A DNA stretch of 55,603 bases from Sterolibacterium sp. (GTDB lineage: Bacteria > Pseudomonadota > Gammaproteobacteria > Burkholderiales > Rhodocyclaceae), in assembly GCA_041665185.1 (NCBI GenBank), contig JBAYJH010000001.1:1-55603 (forward strand). Reading direction: 5' to 3'. The notes below the pieces were generated by a model. That model worked only from the letters and a program-made list of their open reading frames with translations, was not told the DNA's origin and did no database searches. Each line of letters opens with the position of its first letter. The first letter of the stretch is position 1. Below, one piece after another: positions 15,931 through 26,024 of this stretch. The position numbers were made by a program, and so were the translations under genes.

Positions 15931-16356
15931 ATGGCCATGACCATACATGTCGATGTCGTCAGTGCCGAGGAGATGATCTTCTCGGGTCTGGCCGAATTCG
16001 TCGCGTTGCCCGGCGAAGCCGGTGAACTGGGTATTCTGCCCGGCCACATGCCATTGATGACGCGGATCAAACCAGGCGCCGTGCGGGTCAAATTGCCCGA
16101 CCAGGATGCCGAGGAACTGTTCTTTGTCGCTGGCGGCATGCTTGAAGTGCAACCGAATCGGGTGACGGTGCTCGCCGATACCGCGATTCGCGGCAAGGAC
16201 CTGGATGAGGCCAAGGCGCTGGACGCCAAGAAGAAGGCCGAAGAAGCCATGGCCAGCCGGAGCTCCGAACTCGACTACGCGCGTGCCCAAGCGGAACTGG
16301 CGGAAGCCATCGCGCAACTTTCCGCCATCCAGAAATTGCGCAAAGGTTCCCACTGA
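15931..16356 (+). CDS. atpC: F0F1 ATP synthase subunit epsilon
   Basis: 141 aa, last gene of the atp operon, epsilon-like sequence. Confidence 0.93.
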   Translation: MAMTIHVDVVSAEEMIFSGLAEFVALPGEAGELGILPGHMPLMTRIKPGAVRVKLPDQDAEELFFVAGGMLEVQPNRVTVLADTAIRGKDLDEAKALDAKKKAEEAMASRSSELDYARAQAELAEAIAQLSAIQKLRKGSH

Positions 16357-16378
16357 GGACCAAGCGGGATCTTTTTGT

Positions 16379-16407
16379 AAGGGCAGCTTCGGCTGCCCTT
16401 TGGTTTT
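16379..16407 (+). terminator. Rho-independent terminator of the atp operon
   Basis: aagggcagc / ttcg / gctgccctt stem-loop followed by tggtttt. Confidence 0.8.
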
Positions 16408-16488
16408 GGGGACAAGACAACAAGCATTTTGCATTCTGTTTTAAAGTCCACTAGACTACGCAGTCTATTTGTTGCCGTCGAGCCCCAT

Positions 16489-17094
16489 ATGAGTGCCCGT
16501 TCGGAAGTAAATCCCAGCGACACCCGTGAGCGCTTACTTCGTGCCGCCGCAGACATGTTCCTTACCGACGGCTATGGCGCAAGCATGGATGGCATTGCCG
16601 CCCGGGCCAAGGTTGCCAAGCAGACGCTCTACAATCACTTCACCGGCAAGGAGGCATTGTTTGGCGAGGTCGTTCGAAACGCCACTCATGGCATCCTGGT
16701 GGCCCTCGACAGCAACGCGAGCGACTTGCGCACCAGCCTGATTCAGTTCGCCAACGCCTATCGCGCAGCAACTTTGTCTTTGGCCGGGATCGCCATATTT
16801 CGTACCTTGAGCGCGGAATCCCAACGCTTTCCCGCATTGGCAAGGGCTCTTTATGCCGTTGGCCCCGGCCAGACATTGCGCCAGCTATCCATGTTTCTTG
16901 ATCAGAACATGCGCGCCGGACGATTGCGCCGGGACGATTCTGTCCTTGCCGCCGAGTTGCTGCTGGGCATGTTGACCACCACGGAGCGAATCCGCTGCCT
17001 TCTTGGCGTTGCCGATCCCCTGCGCGAATTGGATCAAAGCAAGGGGGCGCAGATTGTCGATACCTTTTTGAGGGCGTATACCCCCGTTCATTGA
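16489..17094 (+). CDS. TetR/AcrR family transcriptional regulator
   Basis: N-terminal TetR HTH region (RERLLRAAADMFLTDGYGASMDGIAARAKVAKQTLYNHF). Start taken at ATG 16489. A short inverted repeat TAGACT-n4-AGTCTA at 16452-16467 lies just upstream. Directly precedes the efflux genes. Confidence 0.88.
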   Translation: MSARSEVNPSDTRERLLRAAADMFLTDGYGASMDGIAARAKVAKQTLYNHFTGKEALFGEVVRNATHGILVALDSNASDLRTSLIQFANAYRAATLSLAGIAIFRTLSAESQRFPALARALYAVGPGQTLRQLSMFLDQNMRAGRLRRDDSVLAAELLLGMLTTTERIRCLLGVADPLRELDQSKGAQIVDTFLRAYTPVH

Positions 17095-17118
17095 TTCCAA
17101 GTCTTACGGAGAAACAGT

Positions 17119-18264
17119 ATGGATCAATCCCACCTTCGCCTGCTTGCAGCGCTTCTGCTGCCCATTGTCCTTGCTTCCTGCGGAGCTGATGGCCAGAAGC
17201 AACAGGCTGCTGCCGGCGGGACACCGCCTCCGGCCGAAGTGGATGTGGTGACCGTCGCAGCCGCTCGCGCCACAATGACCAAGGATCTGCCAGGTCGTTT
17301 GCAGGCAACGCGTACAGCGCAAGTGAGGGCTCGCGTCGATGGGGTGATCGAGAAGCGCATGTTTGCCGAGGGAAGCGACGTAAAAGAGGGCGCCACCCTG
17401 TTCCGTATCGATCCACGCAACTACCAGGCGAGCGTCGACTCCGCCAAGGCCGATCTGGTAATTGCCCGGCTGACCCTGCAGCGCTACCAGCCGCTGCTCG
17501 AGGTCAAGGCTGTCAGCCGCCAGGAAGTCGACCTGGCGGATGCCAGGGTGAAGCAGGCCGAAGCGGCGTTGACGCGGGTAAGCCTGGATTTGGAAAACAC
17601 CATGGTCCCGGCGCCGATTTCCGGGCGCATCGGCCGCGCCCTGGTGACCGAGGGCGCGTTGGCAAGCCGCAACGAGGCAACTCAGCTCGCCACCATCGAA
17701 CAGATCGATCCGATCTATGCCAATTTCACCCAGCCGGGAAGCGACCTGCTGAGCTTGAAACAGGCGATTCGGACCGGAAAACTCAAGCCTGCCGAGCGTG
17801 CCCAGGTGGAATTGGTTCTTGAGGACGGCACGGTCTATTCGCAACCGGGAAAACTCCTGTTTTCCGATTTGGCCGTCGATCCCGCCACCGGCAGCGTCTC
17901 GATGCGGGCTGTTTTCCCCAATCCCAATCATGATCTATTGCCTGGGACCTTCGTGCGAGTCCGCTTTCAAGAAGCAACCGTCGACCAGGCCATACGCATC
18001 CCACAGCGTGCCGTTCAGGCGGGGCCACAAGGGCAGTTCGTCTTGCTGGTGGATTCAGCCAACAAGATTGCACCTCGGCCAGTGACCACCAGCGGCATGA
18101 GTGGCGGTGACTTCATCATCGCCGCAGGACTAAAGGGCGGTGAGCAAGTGGTGGTCAACGGCTTGCAGAAGGTCCGTCCGGGCGCCCCGGTGAAGCCCGT
18201 ACCCTGGAACCAGAACGCCGCGCCCGCCGCGCAGTCGCCGGTGGCCGGCAAGAAACAGGGGTAA
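17119..18264 (+). CDS. RND efflux membrane fusion lipoprotein (AcrA/MexA family)
   Basis: 381 aa with lipobox LASC and MFP-like sequence. Followed after 2 nt by the RND pump gene. Confidence 0.9.
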   Translation: MDQSHLRLLAALLLPIVLASCGADGQKQQAAAGGTPPPAEVDVVTVAAARATMTKDLPGRLQATRTAQVRARVDGVIEKRMFAEGSDVKEGATLFRIDPRNYQASVDSAKADLVIARLTLQRYQPLLEVKAVSRQEVDLADARVKQAEAALTRVSLDLENTMVPAPISGRIGRALVTEGALASRNEATQLATIEQIDPIYANFTQPGSDLLSLKQAIRTGKLKPAERAQVELVLEDGTVYSQPGKLLFSDLAVDPATGSVSMRAVFPNPNHDLLPGTFVRVRFQEATVDQAIRIPQRAVQAGPQGQFVLLVDSANKIAPRPVTTSGMSGGDFIIAAGLKGGEQVVVNGLQKVRPGAPVKPVPWNQNAAPAAQSPVAGKKQG

Positions 18265-18266
18265 GC

Positions 18267-21200
18267 ATGCTCGCCAAATTCTTCATCGATCGTCCCATCT
18301 TTGCCTGGGTCATTGCGCTGGTGATCCTCCTCGCCGGTATGCTGGCATTGCGCATCCTCCCGGTCTCCCAGTATCCGGCGGTGGCGCCCCCTTCCATCGC
18401 CTTCAACATCGTCTATCCCGGCGCTTCGGCCAAGGTGGTCGAAAGCACGGTGACGGCGTTGATCGAGCAGGAAATGAACGGCATCGAGCGCCTGCTGTAT
18501 ATGGAGTCTTCTTCCGAACTCGGCACGGGCACGGTGACGCTCACCTTCCAGCCAGGCACCAACATCGACATCGCGTCGGTCGAGGCGCAGAACCGTTTCA
18601 AGCGTGTCGAAGCCCGGCTGCCCGACGATGTCCGCAGGGTGGGTGTGCCCGTCACCAAACCATCGCGCAACTACGTGATGTTCGTTTCGCTCTATTCGCC
18701 CGACAAGAGCCAGTCAGCTGTCGATCTAGGCAGTTTCGCCGCGGCCACGGTGCTGGACTCGCTACGCCGCGTCAAAGGCGTCGGGGAAGCCCTGATGTTC
18801 GGGACCGAATACTCGATGCGGTTGTGGCTCAAGCCGGAAAAGCTACAGGCCTACAATCTCACGCCGGGAGAGGTGACCCGCGCGGTACGCGCCCAGAACG
18901 TCGAGCTGGCCGCCGGGGAATTGGGCCAGGTGCCGGCTATGCCGGGCCAACAGTTGAATGCCGTGATCGTGACGCGCAGCCGCCTGGAGACGCCGGAACA
19001 GTTCGGCAATATTCTCATCCGAACCCAGCCGGACGGTTCCGCTCTGAGGGTGAAGGACGTGGCAAGAGTGGAACTGGGCTCCCAGGACTACAACATCCTG
19101 GCGCGCCTGGGCGGACAACCGAATGCAGCGATTGCCATCCGCGTCTCGCCGGATGGCAATGCCCTGGACGTGGTCAAGGCGGTGCGTGCCAAGATGGAAG
19201 AAATGGCGCCAAACTTCCCCAAGGGGATTGCTTGGGATGTCCCCTACGACACCTCACGTTTCATCGATATCTCCATCAAGGAAGTGCTCCTGACACTGAT
19301 CGAAGCGATGCTGCTGGTCTTCCTGGTGATTTACCTGTTTCTGGAAAACTTCCGCGCCACGCTGATTCCCGCCATCGTTGTGCCGGTCGCACTGACCGGT
19401 GCGTTGGCGGGCCTTTACGTATTCGGCTACTCGATTAACGTACTAACCCTGTTCGCCATGGTGCTGGCCGTCGGCATCGTGGTCGATGACGCCATCGTGG
19501 TCGTTGAAGCGGTCGAGCGCATTATGAACGAGGAAGGGTTGGAGCCACGGGAAGCGGCGCGCAAGGCGATGGACCAGATCTTCAACGCCATCATTGGCAT
19601 CACCCTGGTCTTGTCGTCGGTGTTTGCGCCCATGCTGTTCTTCGGCGGCTCTGTTGGCGTCATCTACCGCCAGTTTGCGATGACCTTGCTGCTCGCCATG
19701 GGATTCTCCATCCTCATGGCACTGACGCTTACTCCGGCGCTGTGTGCCACGCTGCTCAAACATGAACCGGGCACTGAAGTACTTCCCAGCACCGGTTTTT
19801 TCGGTGCCTTCAATCGTTTCTTCGATCGTACCCGGGCAGGCTATCGTTCCTGGGTCGGACGCATGTTGCCGAGGCCCGGCCGATACCTGCTGGCATACGC
19901 GGCCATCATCGGTGCGACGGGTTGGCTGTTCCTGAACCTGCCCGGAAGCTTCCTGCCCGAAGAAGACCAGGGCTACTTCATCAATATGATTCAACTGCCG
20001 CCGGGAGCCTCGCAGGAGCGCACCCTAGAAGTCCTGTCCCAGGTCGAGCAGTATTACCTGAAGCAGCCCGAAGTCGCCAAAGTCATCGGCGTGGTCGGCT
20101 TTTCGTTTTTTGGCCGGGGCCAGAACGCCGCGCTGGCGTTTGTGCGTCTGAAGGAATGGGACGAGCGCCCCGGCGCCGAGCATTCCGCCACCGCAGTGGT
20201 CCGACGGGCGAACATGGCCTTCTTCCAGATCAAGCAGGCTATCATGTTCGCCGTCAACCCGCCGCCCATCCCGGAACTCGCCTCTACCGGCGGCTTTGAT
20301 TTCCGCCTACAGGATCGAGCCGGTCACGGCCGCGAAAAACTGCTGGAGGCGCGCAATGTGGCATTGGGCATGGCGATGCAGAATCCGACGCTGACCGGCG
20401 TGCGCCCGGAAGGCCAGGAAGCTTCGCCGCAGCTCCTGCTCGACATTGATCGACGCAAGGCTGAAACGCTGGGCGTGTCCCTCGCCGATCTCAATGAAAC
20501 TCTGCAATCCACGATGGGAGTGGCCTACATCAACGACTTTGAGCGACAAGGCCGCATCCTTCGGGTACTGATGCAGGCGGACCCGAGTTTGCGAACGACT
20601 CCGGACGCGATCCTGCGCCTGCCGGTGCGCAATCGGAGCGGTACGATGGTGCCGCTGGCGGAAATCGTCAGCGCACACTGGATCATCGGCGTGCCCAAAC
20701 TCGACCGCTACAACGGCCTGCCGGCCATGAAGATTTCCGGCGGTCCGGCCCCTGGCCGCAGCACCGGTGAAGCGATGCAGTCGATGGAGCAGGCGGCCAG
20801 TAACCTGCCGCTAGGTTTCGGTTTTGAATGGTCCGGCACCTCGTTCGAGGAAAAGCTCTCCGGCAGTCAAGCCCCCCTGCTGTTCGCGCTGGCCATGCTG
20901 GTGGCTTTTCTGGCTTTGGCGGCACTGTATGAAAGTTGGTCGATTCCGTTCGCGGTGATGCTGGTGGTGCCGCTGGGTGTTTTCGGGTCGACCTTGGCGG
21001 TGACCCTGCGGGGATTGCCCAACGACGTCTATTTCAAAGTCGGACTGATCGCCATCATCGGTTTGTCCAGCAAGAATGCCATCCTCATCATCGAATTTGC
21101 CCGTGATCTTCAGGAGCGCGGGATGGGTCTCTACGACGCGACGCTGGAGGCATGCCGCATGCGCTTCCGGCCCATCCTGATGACCTCGTTTGCCTTCATT

Positions 21201-21392
21201 CTGGGGGTGCTGCCCCTGGCTGTGTCGACAGGGGCTGGCGCCAACAGCCGCCATGCCATCGGCACCGGCGTCATCGGCGGCATGCTTGCGGCAACCTTCC
21301 TGGCAATCTTTCTGGTGCCGGTATTCTTTGTCGTGGTGCGCAAGATATTTCCCGGCCATGCCCGCCGCCACCAGGAGCACGGCCATGATTAA
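18267..21392 (+). CDS. RND multidrug efflux inner-membrane transporter (AcrB/MexB, HAE1 family)
   Basis: 1041 aa with N-terminal MLAKFFIDRPIFAWVIAL and 12-TM RND architecture. Confidence 0.95.
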   Translation: MLAKFFIDRPIFAWVIALVILLAGMLALRILPVSQYPAVAPPSIAFNIVYPGASAKVVESTVTALIEQEMNGIERLLYMESSSELGTGTVTLTFQPGTNIDIASVEAQNRFKRVEARLPDDVRRVGVPVTKPSRNYVMFVSLYSPDKSQSAVDLGSFAAATVLDSLRRVKGVGEALMFGTEYSMRLWLKPEKLQAYNLTPGEVTRAVRAQNVELAAGELGQVPAMPGQQLNAVIVTRSRLETPEQFGNILIRTQPDGSALRVKDVARVELGSQDYNILARLGGQPNAAIAIRVSPDGNALDVVKAVRAKMEEMAPNFPKGIAWDVPYDTSRFIDISIKEVLLTLIEAMLLVFLVIYLFLENFRATLIPAIVVPVALTGALAGLYVFGYSINVLTLFAMVLAVGIVVDDAIVVVEAVERIMNEEGLEPREAARKAMDQIFNAIIGITLVLSSVFAPMLFFGGSVGVIYRQFAMTLLLAMGFSILMALTLTPALCATLLKHEPGTEVLPSTGFFGAFNRFFDRTRAGYRSWVGRMLPRPGRYLLAYAAIIGATGWLFLNLPGSFLPEEDQGYFINMIQLPPGASQERTLEVLSQVEQYYLKQPEVAKVIGVVGFSFFGRGQNAALAFVRLKEWDERPGAEHSATAVVRRANMAFFQIKQAIMFAVNPPPIPELASTGGFDFRLQDRAGHGREKLLEARNVALGMAMQNPTLTGVRPEGQEASPQLLLDIDRRKAETLGVSLADLNETLQSTMGVAYINDFERQGRILRVLMQADPSLRTTPDAILRLPVRNRSGTMVPLAEIVSAHWIIGVPKLDRYNGLPAMKISGGPAPGRSTGEAMQSMEQAASNLPLGFGFEWSGTSFEEKLSGSQAPLLFALAMLVAFLALAALYESWSIPFAVMLVVPLGVFGSTLAVTLRGLPNDVYFKVGLIAIIGLSSKNAILIIEFARDLQERGMGLYDATLEACRMRFRPILMTSFAFILGVLPLAVSTGAGANSRHAIGTGVIGGMLAATFLAIFLVPVFFVVVRKIFPGHARRHQEHGHD

Positions 21393-22806
21393 TGCCCGCC
21401 CTTGGTTCTGGGGTAACAGGCCGTTGATCCTGGTCCTGGGAACACTGGTCGCGGGCTGTTCGCTGGCTCCCGAGTACCATAGACCCGAACCGCCGGTGGT
21501 GGCAGCGTGGCCAATAGTGGCCGTCGGCGATGCCAAGCGAGAGGCCGGCACGACCGCCTGGCGCGACTTCTTTCCCGATCCGCGTTTGCAGGCCCTGATC
21601 GCCGCGGCGATCGACGATAACCGCGACATGCGCATTGCCGTGGCGCGCGTCGAAGAAGCTCGCGCCTTGTTCGGCATCGTTCGCGCCGACCGTTTCCCGG
21701 GCGTCGATCTGGTGTCCAGCGGTAGCTCGGCGCGCACGCCAGGCGATCTTTCGCTGAGCGGACGGCCGAGCGTCGGCCATCGTTACGATGTGGGCTTGTC
21801 GCTGCCGTCTTTCGAGTTGGATTTCTGGGGCCGGGTGAAGAATCTCAACGCAGCCGCCTTGGCCAGCTATCTGGCCACCGAGCAGGCCCGACAAGCCGTG
21901 CGCCTGATGCTGATCGCCGACGTGGCCAACGCCTATTTGAGCTTGCAGGAGATGGAGGAACGCACGGCACTGGCGCGCGCGACCGCAAAGACTCGCGAGC
22001 AGACTCGCTTGCTGGTAAGCCGCCGCCGCGATGTGGGCCTGGCCGGCGATCTAGACTACCTCCAGGCTGACGGTGCACTCGAGTTGGCGCGGGCGGAACT
22101 GGCCAACTTGGAACGCCAGCGGGTAGCCGCCAAGAATGCGCTGGTGCTGCTGGTCGGCAATGAACCGTCCGGATTGCCAGCTGGGCGCTCACTGGCTGAC
22201 CAAGGAGTTACTCCAGACCTCGCTGTTGACATGCCCTCGACAGCCTTGTTGCAACGTCCCGATGTGCTGGCGGCCGAGCAACGGCTGATCGCCGCCAATG
22301 CCAATATCGGTGCTGCACGCGCCGCCTTCCTGCCACGCATTTCCCTGACGGCCGGCCTGGGTTCCGCAAGCAGCGCTTTGTCGGGCCTGTTCGACGCCGG
22401 ACAAGGCACCTGGAGTTTCCAGCCGGTCTTGCGGTACCCTCTGTTCGACTCAGGGCGTGCCGGCGCAGGAGCGGATCTGGCCGAAGCTCGCCAGGATATC
22501 GCCGTCGCCGAGTATGAGAAGGCGATCCAGCAGGCGTTCCGCGAAGTGGCCGATTTGCTGGCCGCAAGGGAGTTGCTGGCCGAGCAACTGCGCGCCCAGC
22601 AACGGGCGGACAAGTTACAAGGCGAACGGCTGCGCCTGGCGGAAGCGCGCTACCAGGCAGGAGTGTCGAGTTATCTGGAAGTGCTCGATGGCCAGCGCGA
22701 ATCGTATGCTGCGCAACAGGCGGTGCTGCAAACACGCCGGGTGCTGCTGTCTACGGCGGCGCAACTCTACAAGGCGCTCGGCGGCGGGCGCGAGTTCTCC
22801 CCATGA
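21385..22806 (+). CDS. RND efflux outer-membrane factor lipoprotein (OprM/NodT family)
   Basis: Start at ATG 21385 overlaps the pump stop. Lipobox LVAGC. Sequence is OMF-like (two internally repeated halves). Confidence 0.9.
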   Translation: MINARPWFWGNRPLILVLGTLVAGCSLAPEYHRPEPPVVAAWPIVAVGDAKREAGTTAWRDFFPDPRLQALIAAAIDDNRDMRIAVARVEEARALFGIVRADRFPGVDLVSSGSSARTPGDLSLSGRPSVGHRYDVGLSLPSFELDFWGRVKNLNAAALASYLATEQARQAVRLMLIADVANAYLSLQEMEERTALARATAKTREQTRLLVSRRRDVGLAGDLDYLQADGALELARAELANLERQRVAAKNALVLLVGNEPSGLPAGRSLADQGVTPDLAVDMPSTALLQRPDVLAAEQRLIAANANIGAARAAFLPRISLTAGLGSASSALSGLFDAGQGTWSFQPVLRYPLFDSGRAGAGADLAEARQDIAVAEYEKAIQQAFREVADLLAARELLAEQLRAQQRADKLQGERLRLAEARYQAGVSSYLEVLDGQRESYAAQQAVLQTRRVLLSTAAQLYKALGGGREFSP

Positions 22807-23618
22807 ATCAGCCGGCGCCGGAAAACCTGGTCGAGATCAGCGATCTGCATTTTGCCTACGGTGATCGGCTGGTGCTGAAAGGCATCAATCTGACGATCCA
22901 GCGGGGCAAGGTCGTCGCCATCCTGGGCGTCAGCGGTAGCGGCAAGACAACGCTGCTGCGACTTCTGGGCGGCCAGTTGAAGCCGCGTAGCGGCAGCGTC
23001 AAAGTCGCCGGCAAGGTAGTACACGAACTCGACGACGATGGCCTGTACGGATTGCGCCGCGACATGGGCATGATGTTCCAGATGGGTGGCTTGTATAGCG
23101 ATATGAGCGTCTTCGACAACGTCGCTTTCCCGATGCGTGAACTGACCGATCTGCCCGAAGACTTGATACGCGATCTGGTGTCGATGAAGCTCCACGCTGT
23201 GGGGCTGCGCGGGGTTTCGGCAATGATGACGGGTGAGCTTTCCGGCGGCATGGCACGCCGCGTCGCTCTGGCCCGCGCGATCGCGCTGGATCCCATGCTG
23301 ATCATGTATGACGAACCATTTGCCGGCCTCGACCCGATATCGCTGAATGTGGTCGCGAGTCTGATTCGACGCCTCAACGACGCCCTTGGCGTGACCTCGA
23401 TCGTGGTGACTTACGATATGTCGGAATCGCTGAAAGTTGTCGATTACGTCTATTTTGTACACGACGGAGCGGTGGTCGCGGAGGGGCCGGCGACGGAGAT
23501 GTTCTCTTCCGGCAACCCCTTCGTGCAACAGTTCGTCAATGCCAAACCGGACGGCCCGGTGGCCTTCCAGTATCCGAGCGAGCCCTATGGGGCTGAGTTG
23601 GGCCTCACCGCCACTTAA
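22803..23618 (+). CDS. MlaF-like ABC transporter ATP-binding protein, with no adjacent permease gene
   Basis: 271 aa with Walker A GVSGSGKTT, signature LSGGMARR and Walker B IMYDEP. ATGA overlap with the OMF gene. Confidence 0.8.
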   Translation: MNQPAPENLVEISDLHFAYGDRLVLKGINLTIQRGKVVAILGVSGSGKTTLLRLLGGQLKPRSGSVKVAGKVVHELDDDGLYGLRRDMGMMFQMGGLYSDMSVFDNVAFPMRELTDLPEDLIRDLVSMKLHAVGLRGVSAMMTGELSGGMARRVALARAIALDPMLIMYDEPFAGLDPISLNVVASLIRRLNDALGVTSIVVTYDMSESLKVVDYVYFVHDGAVVAEGPATEMFSSGNPFVQQFVNAKPDGPVAFQYPSEPYGAELGLTAT

Positions 23619-24187
23619 GCGCCGAGTCGACGAATGCGCAAATCGATTTGCGCCAGATCATCACCCAGTCGATTGACGGTTTCAGAAAACCCGTTCAGGG
23701 CGCTCTTATTGAGCAAAGCAGGCTGTTCTTGGCTGAGATATTCGGCAAAATTCTCGGCAAGGTTGCGTGTTGCCTGATGTTGCCAGGTGCCGAATGCCTT
23801 GATCAATCCGGCGATACGGTGGCCGGCGATATCGCCGATCTGCTGGCTCAGGTCTTCCTCGAAATCCCAACGCAGATTGCGCAGCACGAAGCCCAGCGCA
23901 TCGGCAATTTCAGCTGATCCGGAAATGCGTGCGGCTCTTGCTACGGCTTCCGATCCACGCAGTGCCAGCAGCGGGGTGTCCACCGGCAGCGAGATCTCGA
24001 CATCGCAGCGGCCGTTATCCAAATCGGTTGCGACCAGCAATCCGTCAGTCCCAATCAGGAAATCCAGTCGGAACGGTGGTAGCGACAAGCGCGCCGCCTG
24101 GCCGGCGAACGGCGCCAGGCGCGCCCTAGCCCAGGATGCGCCGAGCAGCAGGTGATTCAGCGCAGCCAGGGCGGCCTGATCGAGCAT
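23615..24187 (-). CDS. SCP2-domain protein, UbiJ-like ubiquinone biosynthesis accessory factor
   Basis: 190 aa starting MLDQAALAALNHLL. Sits downstream of ubiE and the Tim44-like gene, as in ubiE-ubiJ-ubiB clusters. Start taken at 24187, not the ORF-track 24361. Confidence 0.65.
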   Translation of the reverse strand: MLDQAALAALNHLLLGASWARARLAPFAGQAARLSLPPFRLDFLIGTDGLLVATDLDNGRCDVEISLPVDTPLLALRGSEAVARAARISGSAEIADALGFVLRNLRWDFEEDLSQQIGDIAGHRIAGLIKAFGTWQHQATRNLAENFAEYLSQEQPALLNKSALNGFSETVNRLGDDLAQIDLRIRRLGA

Positions 24188-24194
24188 GGACGAT

Positions 24195-25106
24195 CTAGTT
24201 GAGTTGCTGGATACCGGCGATAACCCAGCCGCTGCTGCCATCGGCGGGACGGGCGAGATGCCAGACTTCGTCAAAGGCTTCCGGCGCGGCGGCGGCGGTC
24301 TCGCGGATGCTGCCGTAAAACCGCACGCTGGCAATTTGACGGCCCGCCTCGGTACTGACATCGAGCAGTGCGGCGTTCAACTGCACCACATCGGTTTGCT
24401 GAACGGCTTTGCCGCGTTCCTGGTATTCGAGTTGAATTTCCGCGAACATTTCCGGGGTGGTGAAGGCGCGGATATCGTCCATATTGCCGGCGTCGTTGGC
24501 GGCCTGTAAGCGGACGAAATTGAGCTTGGCCTGGCGCACGAAGCCATCGACATCGAAACCTGCCGGAACGGGAATATCACCCGCCACCGGAGTTGCGCTG
24601 CCTGCCGGGGCCAGCGCTTCAAAATTGGCTTGCTGCGCCGGGGCCGGTGCGGCGCCAGCGCCGGCGTATTGAAGCGGCGCAAGGCCGCTGGAAGGGGTTT
24701 GCGCTGCCTTGCGATTCATCACCATGCGGACGACGAAAAATACCGCGGCACCGATCAACAGCATCATGATGATCGAGGAGAAGCCTTCGCCCAAACCACC
24801 CATGCCGAAATGGGAAAGCAGCGAGGCGATACCGATGCCAGCGGCCAAGCCAGCCAGGGGGCCGAGAAAGCGGCCCATGCCGGACGGTGCCGCCGCTGGG
24901 GTCGGTGTTGCCGGCCTGGGCGCAACAGACTGAGTCGGCGCTGCCGGAGTGTTCGGCACTGCCTGGCGCTGCATGATGCCGCTATCGCGTTTCATGCCGG
25001 AGGACAAACCGCCTCCCAGACGCTTGGCCTCGGCATCCGGCGAAGACAAGGTGAAGACACCAATGGACAGAACCAGTGCGAACAGCGAAATCAAACTACG
25101 ATTCAT
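24195..25106 (-). CDS. Tim44-like domain protein with signal peptide and Gly/Ala/Pro-rich linker
   Basis: Start at ATG 25106 after GGAGG. Signal peptide MNRSLISLFALVLSIGVFTLSSPDAEA, a TM segment, and a C-terminal Tim44-like fold sequence. Confidence 0.7.
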   Translation of the reverse strand: MNRSLISLFALVLSIGVFTLSSPDAEAKRLGGGLSSGMKRDSGIMQRQAVPNTPAAPTQSVAPRPATPTPAAAPSGMGRFLGPLAGLAAGIGIASLLSHFGMGGLGEGFSSIIMMLLIGAAVFFVVRMVMNRKAAQTPSSGLAPLQYAGAGAAPAPAQQANFEALAPAGSATPVAGDIPVPAGFDVDGFVRQAKLNFVRLQAANDAGNMDDIRAFTTPEMFAEIQLEYQERGKAVQQTDVVQLNAALLDVSTEAGRQIASVRFYGSIRETAAAAPEAFDEVWHLARPADGSSGWVIAGIQQLN

Positions 25107-25189
25107 ATGAACCTCCAGGTAACGCGAAAAATGGGACCGGGCTAACATCCCGAACAAAATATGGGTACCAGCAGCCGTATATCAAGTGC

Positions 25190-25280
25190 GGGCCCTAGTA
25201 TTCCCGGAACAGTGGGCACTAACACTCCAGGAACAACGACGGGCACTAGAACCCCAGAACCAACGGCGGGCACTAGAGTT
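25190..25280. repeat. Imperfect tandem repeat, about 3.5 units of 24-27 bp starting GGGC(A/C)CTA
   Basis: Units begin at 25190, 25214, 25241 and 25268. The last unit contains the ubiE stop codon. Confidence 0.85.
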
Positions 25281-26022
25281 TGTAGCCACGGTGCAGGGCA
25301 ACTACCCCCGCAGTGAGATTGAAATATTCGACCCGCTCCAGCCCGGCTTGTTCCATCAACTTCTTGAGTGTTTCCTGGTCAGGATGCATGCGGATCGACT
25401 CGGCGAGGTAGCGGTAACTGTCGGCGTCGCCGGCGACCTTATTGCCCAGCCAGGGCAGCAACTTGAACGAATATACATCATAGGCACCTTCCAGGGGTTG
25501 CCAGACCTTGGAAAACTCCAGCACCAGGAGGCGGCCACCCGGCCTAAGAACGCGCTGCATTTCCGCCAGGGCCTGTTCCTTGTGTGTCATATTGCGCAAG
25601 CCGAAGGCAACCATGACGCAGTCGAAATAGTTGTCCGGAAAGGGTAGCCGCTCCGCGTCGCATTGCGCGGTCGGCATCAATATGCCTTCGTCGAGCATGC
25701 GATCGCGACCGACCGTCAACATGGCGCTGTTGATGTCGGTCAACCAGACTTGTCCGCCGGTCTTGGAGAAATTACCCACGCGCCTGGCGAAGGCTCGCGA
25801 CAGGTCGGCCGTGCCTCCCGCCACGTCGAGCACGCGTTCGCCCGATTTGACAGCGGAAATCTGAATGGCGAACTGCTTCCACAAACGGTGCAGGCCCAGC
25901 GACATCAGGTCATTCATGACATCGTATTTCTGTGCGACCGACGAGAATACGCCGGCGACGTGGCTCGCCTTGTCCTCCTCTGCGACCTGTTTGAAACCGA
26001 AATGCGTTTGCCGGTCCGACAT
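25273..26022 (-). CDS. ubiE: Ubiquinone/menaquinone biosynthesis C-methyltransferase UbiE
   Basis: 249 aa starting [13 protein letters not shown], with [25 protein letters not shown] and SAM motif [11 protein letters not shown]. Confidence 0.93.
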   Translation of the reverse strand: MSDRQTHFGFKQVAEEDKASHVAGVFSSVAQKYDVMNDLMSLGLHRLWKQFAIQISAVKSGERVLDVAGGTADLSRAFARRVGNFSKTGGQVWLTDINSAMLTVGRDRMLDEGILMPTAQCDAERLPFPDNYFDCVMVAFGLRNMTHKEQALAEMQRVLRPGGRLLVLEFSKVWQPLEGAYDVYSFKLLPWLGNKVAGDADSYRYLAESIRMHPDQETLKKLMEQAGLERVEYFNLTAGVVALHRGYKL

Positions 26023-26024
26023 CT

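Noticed and set aside
16452-16467. TAGACT-n4-AGTCTA inverted repeat upstream of the TetR gene as a possible operator.
   Set aside because: The arms are only 6 bp, which is not distinguishable from chance. It is noted in the TetR feature evidence but not called as a site.
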